DNA of 51,811 nucleotides from an uncultured Syntrophaceae bacterium (GTDB lineage Bacteria; Desulfobacterota; Syntrophia; Syntrophales; UBA2185): NCBI GenBank assembly GCA_903893135.1, contig CAITLA010000273.1, positions 1 to 51,811 of the forward strand, read 5' to 3'. Shown piece by piece: positions 46,407 to 51,811 of this stretch (position 1 is its first letter; each line of letters starts with the position of its first letter). The notes under the pieces were generated by a model. It saw only the letters and a program-made list of their open reading frames with translations, ran no database searches and was not told where the DNA came from. The position numbers and the translations under genes were made by a program.

Positions 46407-46897
46407 GGAATAAATCCTGTATTCCTGGTGATGCTGACGGTGCTGGATTGAGGACTCTGAGTTAGTGTAATAGATATATTTGATGCACCGGGACTGCCCC
46501 AATCATCAAACGTTATTACCAGACCAACACCTGAAGTTAGCGTTACTCCTGCCGGTAGACCATGTGTAGAAGAGGAAGGAACTGCACCGGGAAGATTGAC
46601 AGAGACCCTGACACCGTCATCTCCTCGCCTATAAAGCGTATAAGAAGTTGCATTAGTTATTTCTAATTCCCAGCGGGGATTGCTATTTGGTTGTAATGTA
46701 TCGCTCATGGCTTTGATCTGCGCATAGCGGAGGTTCGCCTTTAAGCCATCAGTTTCAGCCATCAATTCGTTCGTGCCGGTCGTCGTGTATCGACTGATGA
46801 CAACAGCAGACATAATCAAAAGCACAACTAGGACGACCACAATTTCGATCATGGTGAATCCGTGATTACACTTGGCATTTCTATTGGAGTGTCTCAT
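46403..46897 (-). CDS. Minor pilin, GspH/FimT-like
   Basis: MRHSNRNAKCNHGFTMIEIVVVLVVLLIMSAVVISRY followed by ...LKANLRYAQIKAMSD, typical of GspH/FimT proteins. Confidence 0.8.
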   Translation of the reverse strand: MRHSNRNAKCNHGFTMIEIVVVLVVLLIMSAVVISRYTTTGTNELMAETDGLKANLRYAQIKAMSDTLQPNSNPRWELEITNATSYTLYRRGDDGVRVSVNLPGAVPSSSTHGLPAGVTLTSGVGLVITFDDWGSPGASNISITLTQSPQSSTVSITRNTGFIP

Positions 46898-46947
46898 GAT
46901 TATTAAATATTCTGAAACGCTGAAAAATTCAAGGGGAAATTGATTGA

Positions 46948-47140
46948 ATAGCAGACCTGAAGGTCTGCACTACATTCCGTCATTCCCACGAAAGTGGGAA
47001 TCCAGGATTCAAAGAACTGGACTCCCGCCTCCGCGGGAGTGACACTATAGAGTCTATTTTGACAGGAATTATATTGGAACAAAGTAGTGCAGGACTTTAG
47101 TCCTGCGTATGATAGCAGACCTGAAGGTCTACACTACATT
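46948..47140. repeat. Composite hairpin-repeat block bounded by a 29-bp direct repeat
   Basis: ATAGCAGACCTGAAGGTCTGCACTACATT (46948-76) and ATAGCAGACCTGAAGGTCTACACTACATT (47112-40). Between them lie hairpins CATTCCCACGAAAGTGGGAATCC, GACTCCCGCCTCCGCGGGAGTGAC and GCAGGACTTTAGTCCTGC. Confidence 0.85.
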
Positions 47141-49226
47141 ACGACCCTGGTCTGATTTCCTTTGCTTGTGACATAAGAGTTCGCTTGATTATTGATAATA
47201 TCCTATCTGTATCGATTTTGTGAACAGGCGAAAACCTGTCGCCTGCGTATATACGCACGAACTCCTCAAGTTTTTTGTCTCCCTTCAGATACATGAGGCT
47301 GGAGACTGCCTCCCCCAGGGCGTCTTTGTCGCCTTTTTTGTCATATATGTCTATCAGAAAAAGATATGCTTGAGCATTTAAGGGATGCATTTGCACTACA
47401 TCTTTTAAATTCAATATCGCCCTGTCATACATTCTTTTTCGCCATTGTACTTCCGCCAGAATCAGGCGCGGGAATGTCCTGTTGAAATCCTGCTGCAACA
47501 CCTTGCTTGCCTCTATTGCAGCATTCCTGTTACTTCCCCGCTTAAGCAATATAAGGGAGAAGAGTTCGCGATATTCAACTGCATAGGGATTAATCTTCAG
47601 TGCCTTCCTTATATATTCGTCTGCCCTGCCAGTATCTCCTCTTCTGAGATTGATCTGGGCAATGCCTGCATAGGGCTGTGCATTGGTGGGACTAATCAAA
47701 TTTGCCTTTTGATAATGCTCAAGGGCTAAATCGTCCTGGCCTTCATTAAGATAAAAATTACCCATATTGATTTCGGAACTTGCCTCTATGGTCAAATTTT
47801 CGTAGTTGTTCAAGCGCAAAGCTTCTATAAACTCTCCCATGCCTGCTTCGCGCAGTCCCTGCCTTGAATAGTTAATACCCAGATTATTGTGCGGCCGACT
47901 GAGCCCGGGATATTTCAGGATATTATCGATCCATAACGCCATATCCGTCTTCAAGACCTCATTTCTCATATAGACAGTATGTCCCTGCACAAAAATAAGA
48001 AATATAATGCCAAAGACCAAAAGCCCGCGGATTGCTTTTCTATAAGTAAAATAATCCAGCATTTTTAAAATGAAAATGGCCACAGGTACGAAAAAGAGCA
48101 TGGATGGGATGTAGTTTCTGTGCTCGTAAATAAGCTCGACCGGGATAAACGATCCTTCAAGCAAATGGTTTAAAAAGAAAAACAGGATACAGAAAGAGAT
48201 GAGAGGTCTTTTCCTGGCGATTGTGAGCGCATAGCCTACGCTGAAAACGATAATCAGGATCGCCGGCAGTGTTGTCCATGGCTCTATCAGGGATTTGGAA
48301 ATATCAAAATCATGGAGGAGAGTGAGCCGGGAATGGATCGGATAAAGGAGAAGGCTAATATAAAAGATTATGACTCTCGGTTCCGTTAATAACCTCTCGC
48401 CTAATGTATAGGAACGGACCCCGTAGTCGAAGATAAAGCTTGATAGATCCAAATACGAATTAGCAAGGATAATAACGACGGCAAAAGGGATAAATGCAAA
48501 TTTAAGATTCTTTCTTACCGTATCTCTCTCTGCGCCCTGGAGCAGAAAAAGATCATAGATAAAAAGACTGACCGGCAGCATGGCGGCAGTCTCCTTGCTG
48601 CCAAAGGCAAGAAGCATTGCCACGGCGCAGCACAGGAAAAAGAATGCTCTATTTCTTATTCCCTCCGCAGTGCGTCCCTTGAGATAGAAGTACATGGCGG
48701 CAATGTAAAACATCCCCGCCATGCTCGCCATTCTCTGAACTACGTAGCTCACCGCAAGCACCTGTACGGGATTAATCGCCCAGAAAACGGTTGCCAGCAT
48801 CGATAAGGCGTAGGCTCTTTCTCCGTACCGATCTTTTAGCAGCGGCAGTCTTAGCGTATTGAAGATAAAGAGGAACAGAAAAATGGCTGTCACATAATGA
48901 ATAATAAAATTAATCAGGTGATAACCGAATGTCTCTAACCCGCCAAAGTAATAGTTGATGGCAAGACTGAGATAGGATACCGGGCGTAAGAGATCTCCCC
49001 GGAAGTGGAACGCATTATAAATTCCTCTTAATGAAAGATTCTTTAAATGTACATTGGGATTTTCAACAATATTGGGGATGTCGTCAAAATGCCACTCCCC
49101 ATGAAAGCTGTTACCATAAACGGCGAGGAGCAATATCAGGAGGGAAATAAAGAAAAAAGCATATTTCCTCAGATTAGGAAAATGCCAAGTGATATGCAAT
49201 TCATAACGGCTGTCATTGGTCTGCAT
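47139..49226 (-). CDS. TMTC-like GT-C membrane glycosyltransferase with C-terminal TPR repeats (DUF1736-type)
   Basis: The first loop GNSFHGEWHFDDIPNIVENPNVH matches the TMTC/DUF1736 signature (..F..DD..I..NP.V). There are about 10 TM helices. The C-terminal 250 aa or so are TPR-like (NNLGINYSRQG..., YQKANLISPTNAQPYAGIAQ..., ALKINPYAVEY...). Confidence 0.75.
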   Translation of the reverse strand: MQTNDSRYELHITWHFPNLRKYAFFFISLLILLLAVYGNSFHGEWHFDDIPNIVENPNVHLKNLSLRGIYNAFHFRGDLLRPVSYLSLAINYYFGGLETFGYHLINFIIHYVTAIFLFLFIFNTLRLPLLKDRYGERAYALSMLATVFWAINPVQVLAVSYVVQRMASMAGMFYIAAMYFYLKGRTAEGIRNRAFFFLCCAVAMLLAFGSKETAAMLPVSLFIYDLFLLQGAERDTVRKNLKFAFIPFAVVIILANSYLDLSSFIFDYGVRSYTLGERLLTEPRVIIFYISLLLYPIHSRLTLLHDFDISKSLIEPWTTLPAILIIVFSVGYALTIARKRPLISFCILFFFLNHLLEGSFIPVELIYEHRNYIPSMLFFVPVAIFILKMLDYFTYRKAIRGLLVFGIIFLIFVQGHTVYMRNEVLKTDMALWIDNILKYPGLSRPHNNLGINYSRQGLREAGMGEFIEALRLNNYENLTIEASSEINMGNFYLNEGQDDLALEHYQKANLISPTNAQPYAGIAQINLRRGDTGRADEYIRKALKINPYAVEYRELFSLILLKRGSNRNAAIEASKVLQQDFNRTFPRLILAEVQWRKRMYDRAILNLKDVVQMHPLNAQAYLFLIDIYDKKGDKDALGEAVSSLMYLKGDKKLEEFVRIYAGDRFSPVHKIDTDRILSIIKRTLMSQAKEIRPGS

Positions 49227-49260
49227 GTTCGAATATGTGGGGACAAACCATAAACAAAAA

Positions 49261-49560
49261 CCTTTGCATAACTCTTCTATTCGTCATTCCGGACTTGGAG
49301 ACTGTGCCGCAATTTTCTTTTTGTCATTTCCTTCTCACCCCCTTTATAAAAGGGGGTCGGGGGGATTTTATTCCACTATTATAAATCCCCCGTTGCCCCC
49401 TTTGTCAAAGGAGGCAAAAAAGCAAAGACAGTGCGTCTGGATTCCCCCGTATCAAGCCTGTCCTCGCGGAGGCGGGGATACGGGGCAGGCGTACCAAGTT
49501 CAGAATGACATTTTTCCTTATTGCAAAGTCTATTGATATAATTATTTGCTGGAGTAATAA
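49261..49560. repeat. Composite repeat block containing a 227-bp MITE-like unit with 16-bp imperfect terminal inverted repeats
   Basis: Inverted repeats GTCATTCCGGACTTGG (49283-98) and CCAAGTTCAGAATGAC (49494-509). Internal hairpins include CCCCCTTTATAAAAGGGGG. The left 32 bp are identical to 41062-93, and the right end shares ATTGATATAATTATTTGC.GGA.TAATAA with 18481-18510. Confidence 0.8.
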
Positions 49561-49585
49561 CATTTAAGGAAAAGATGGTATAAAC

Positions 49586-49617
49586 AAATCAGGGGAGCTT
49601 GCATACTCCCCTGATTT
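49586..49617 (-). terminator. Rho-independent terminator downstream of the major pilin gene
   Basis: Perfect 12-bp stem AAATCAGGGGAG / CTCCCCTGATTT with an 8-nt loop. On the minus-strand RNA it is followed by UUUGUUUAU. Confidence 0.6.
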
Positions 49618-49723
49618 AAAGGCATTGCTTCATGCTGTGAATCAAACATTTTTCAAATTAAGTCTTCTCCCTGCCAATGGGGCAATACTCAGCATTGTAG
49701 ACTTAAACTCTTGAGCAGCTAAA

Positions 49724-50170
49724 TCAGTTGGAAACAGCTACCGTCCAGGTAGCAGGTTCGTTCTCCGATGGTTGTCCAGTTCTGGTGAAAATTACATTTT
49801 TGCCTTGAAAAAGTATCGCGGTTCCACTCGCAATAACCGCACCACTACCCCAATCCGGTCCCAAGACAGTCGTAAGTGGGACGATAGAAGCAGCAGTAGC
49901 ATCACACGCACCCACATCCATACCAGTCGATGTATTCAGGTCCCCATAAAGGCCACTACAACCTTTCAACTTCCATGACGCCAATGTCAACCTTTCACGG
50001 GCGTTCAATTCGCTACTGCCAGTTCCTGCTGCTTTTATGACAGCGTCTGCTCTCATATCCAAATATTTCGGAATGGCGACCGCCGCCAGAATCCCCAGAA
50101 TAACGAGAACAGCAATGATTTCGATCAGGGTAAAACCCTTCTGATTTCGGATATGCTTTCCTATTTTCAT
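49724..50170 (-). CDS. pilA: Major type IVa pilin / pseudopilin
   Basis: MKIGKHIRNQKG|FTLIEIIAVLVILGILAAVAIPKY with a short leader, Gly-1, Phe+1 and Glu+5. Two Cys residues sit in the C-terminal half. AGGAGG lies 8 nt upstream of the ATG. Confidence 0.9.
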   Translation of the reverse strand: MKIGKHIRNQKGFTLIEIIAVLVILGILAAVAIPKYLDMRADAVIKAAGTGSSELNARERLTLASWKLKGCSGLYGDLNTSTGMDVGACDATAASIVPLTTVLGPDWGSGAVIASGTAILFQGKNVIFTRTGQPSENEPATWTVAVSN

Positions 50171-50232
50171 TTTAAAACCTCCTTTTTATTTGGATAACAT
50201 TATAAAATACCGTAAATTTTGTCCTGATCAAC

Positions 50233-50248
50233 AGCATCTTTCATGCCA
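50233..50248 (-). promoter_or_regulatory. Sigma-54 (-24/-12) promoter of the major pilin gene
   Basis: The minus strand reads TGGCATGAAAGATGCT. GG and GC have the canonical spacing of TGGCAC-N5-TTGC. The element is about 64 nt upstream of the ATG and adjacent to a sigma-54 activator gene. Confidence 0.7.
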
Positions 50249-50411
50249 TGATAAAAGGGCTGAAGGGTGCAGGGTGCGGGGTGCGGGCATGATGAATAAT
50301 AACATATAGTATTTATTGGATATTATTTATTCGCAAAAGAACGATAAAAACAATTTTATAATCTGTTATTAACATTCAATAATTCAAATCATACACGGAT
50401 TGATGGATAAT

Positions 50412-51776
50412 CTACATTTTTTGTAGCTTTTTAAAGGATTCAGTGTCTATCCCATATTTCTTTATTCTATGCCAGAGACTTCGCTGATTGATGCCGAGGA
50501 GCTCAGCCGCCTTTACCTGAACGCCACCGGCGCGGGTCAAGGCTTCTATTATCAAACCTTTCTCAATTTCATCCAGGCGCTTATCAATAGTCAGAGAATC
50601 AGGCGAATCCGGACCTTGAAAAATATGATCTTTCCTGACACCCGCTATATTTGCAGGCAGATTCCCCGGCTCAATCAGCCCTGTATCCGTGAGGACTACT
50701 GCCCTTTCGATGGTATTCATCAGTTCCCTGACATTACCCGGCCATGAGTACCCGGCAATCATTTGAGTGGCCTCGGCGGAGAGCTTAATCGGTTTATGTC
50801 TTTTATCAAGAAAATATTCTGTAAGTTGGGGAATGTCTTCCTTCCGCTCTCTCAAAGGTGGCAGATAGATGGAAAACACATTTATGCGATAATAGAGATC
50901 TTCCCTGAACAGACCCTGCTTTACCATCTCGGCGAGGTTCTTATTAGTAGCTATTACAAAGCGGACATCAACCTTGATTGTCACCGTACCGCCGACCCGC
51001 TCAAACTCCTTCTCCTGGAGCACGCGCAATATTTTCGCCTGTGTTGCCAGGGTCATGTCTCCAATCTCATCGAGAAAAAGAGTGCCGCCGTTTGCCACTT
51101 CAAATTTGCCGATTTTCTGAGACGTGGCGCCGGTGAATGCCCCTTTTTCATAGCCGAAAAGTTCACTTTCCAGAAGACTCTCCGGTATGGCTACACAGTT
51201 AATTTTTACAAAAGGTTTTCCCCTGCGGAGGCTGTGTTCATAGACACCGGAAGCCACAAGTTCTTTTCCCGTCCCGCTTTCTCCCATTATGAGCACTGTA
51301 GAATCTGTGGGCGCCACCTTCATTACCTGCGCGAATATCTCCCGCATGATTCTGCTGTTTCCCACGATGCCGGGGAAGAACTCTTGTGCCTCAACTTTGC
51401 TCAAAACAGCGGCAATCTTGTCAAACACCTTTGCGTAATGTTCTACGTCACTCTTTGTGTTGTCATCGCTGACTGTTGGTTCGGAGAATGCCGGGAGACT
51501 TTCAGCCTTTTTGACCAACGCCATCACCGGTTTGAGTAATATTTTTGTAATCAGGAGACCTATCAGGTACGTAAATAAAAAAACGGTCATGACCCACAGC
51601 ACGAAGGACCATGTATGATTCCGCACTGCCTTCATATAATATTGAACGAAGTTGTCGGTCATGATGACCCACAGCAGGGAGATGGCGCTGAAGGTAAAAG
51701 GAATCAGTATATAAAGGCTGACTTGAATATATTTTTTCTTCATTTCATTGTGTGAGTTGCTTTTGTCAAATCCCAC
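50412..51776 (-). CDS. Sigma-54-dependent transcriptional activator (bEBP) with an N-terminal two-TM membrane anchor instead of a receiver domain
   Basis: AAA+ Walker A GESGTGKE, sigma-54 contact loop ELFGYEKGAFTGA, C-terminal Fis-type HTH AAELLGINQRSLWHRIKKYGI. Two N-terminal hydrophobic helices. The track's start is a GTG; the frame stays open to the window edge and an ATG lies at 51743, so the start is uncertain. Confidence 0.88.
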   Translation of the reverse strand: MGFDKSNSHNEMKKKYIQVSLYILIPFTFSAISLLWVIMTDNFVQYYMKAVRNHTWSFVLWVMTVFLFTYLIGLLITKILLKPVMALVKKAESLPAFSEPTVSDDNTKSDVEHYAKVFDKIAAVLSKVEAQEFFPGIVGNSRIMREIFAQVMKVAPTDSTVLIMGESGTGKELVASGVYEHSLRRGKPFVKINCVAIPESLLESELFGYEKGAFTGATSQKIGKFEVANGGTLFLDEIGDMTLATQAKILRVLQEKEFERVGGTVTIKVDVRFVIATNKNLAEMVKQGLFREDLYYRINVFSIYLPPLRERKEDIPQLTEYFLDKRHKPIKLSAEATQMIAGYSWPGNVRELMNTIERAVVLTDTGLIEPGNLPANIAGVRKDHIFQGPDSPDSLTIDKRLDEIEKGLIIEALTRAGGVQVKAAELLGINQRSLWHRIKKYGIDTESFKKLQKM

Positions 51777-51811
51777 ATGGGCAAAAATATGGCAAGCGCG
51801 AAAAACAGGAC

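Noticed and set aside
49216-49536. ORFs that run through the repeat blocks: 49216-49536(+), 41078-41275(-), 37333-37530(-), 4041-4229(+), 3889-4144(-), 4128-4334(-).
   Set aside because: Their sequences are translations of the palindromic repeat units (for example ...IRHSGLG..., ...VIPGLT...). They have no RBS or family signature, and the same units occur in both orientations.
1-51811. Looked for CRISPR arrays, rRNA or tRNA genes, intact transposases or integrases, and an exosortase/PEP-CTERM component that often accompanies Wza/Wzc/AsnB-rich EPS loci.
   Set aside because: No regularly spaced repeat-spacer array, no cloverleaf-like or rRNA-like stretches in the intergenic gaps, and no ORF with transposase, integrase or exosortase motifs could be recognised by eye.

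Overview
This 51.8-kb window comes from a moderately AT-rich bacterium, probably an uncultured anaerobe; I cannot assign taxonomy from the sequence. It has three parts.

(1) nt 1-41,000, all on the + strand, is one very long Wzx/Wzy-type surface-polysaccharide locus. It encodes:
- a Wza-like exporter (5' partial) and a Wzc-type co-polymerase/tyrosine kinase with an unusual C-terminal extension;
- an O-antigen-ligase/Wzy-like protein and a Wzx flippase;
- six GT4 and two GT2 glycosyltransferases, three GT-C-fold membrane glycosyltransferases and a Dpm1/ArnC-like polyprenyl-phosphate sugar synthase;
- eight SAM-methyltransferases plus a B12-binding radical SAM enzyme;
- a CDP-alcohol phosphatidyltransferase-family protein, AsnB-type amidotransferase and a NodB-like deacetylase;
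- a WbqC/LmbE/DegT amino-sugar module and a WecA/MraY-type initiating transferase.

The locus is visibly mosaic. An AbiEii-type nucleotidyltransferase toxin-antitoxin-like islet sits between wzc and the wzy-like gene. Several gene fragments sit next to methyltransferase cassettes: an O-antigen ligase 3' end, a GT4 5' end and a GT2 3' end.

(2) nt 41,275-43,208 (+) encodes an intramembrane-type histidine kinase and a response regulator fused to a class III nucleotidyl cyclase.

(3) nt 43,417-51,776 (-) is a type IV pilin/pseudopilin cluster. In transcription order it holds:
- a membrane-anchored sigma-54 activator;
- a sigma-54 promoter and the major pilin, followed by a terminator;
- a TMTC-like GT-C/TPR glycosyltransferase;
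- three minor pilins, one with a CBM5/12-like motif;
- a PilX-like protein carrying a legume-lectin-like domain.

No pilus assembly genes (ATPase, platform, secretin, prepilin peptidase) are in the window. A family of nested hairpin (REP/MITE-like) repeats built on GTCATTCC...GGAATC marks the module boundaries.

No rRNA, tRNA, CRISPR array or intact transposase was seen. All family assignments come from motifs read by eye; no database search was possible.
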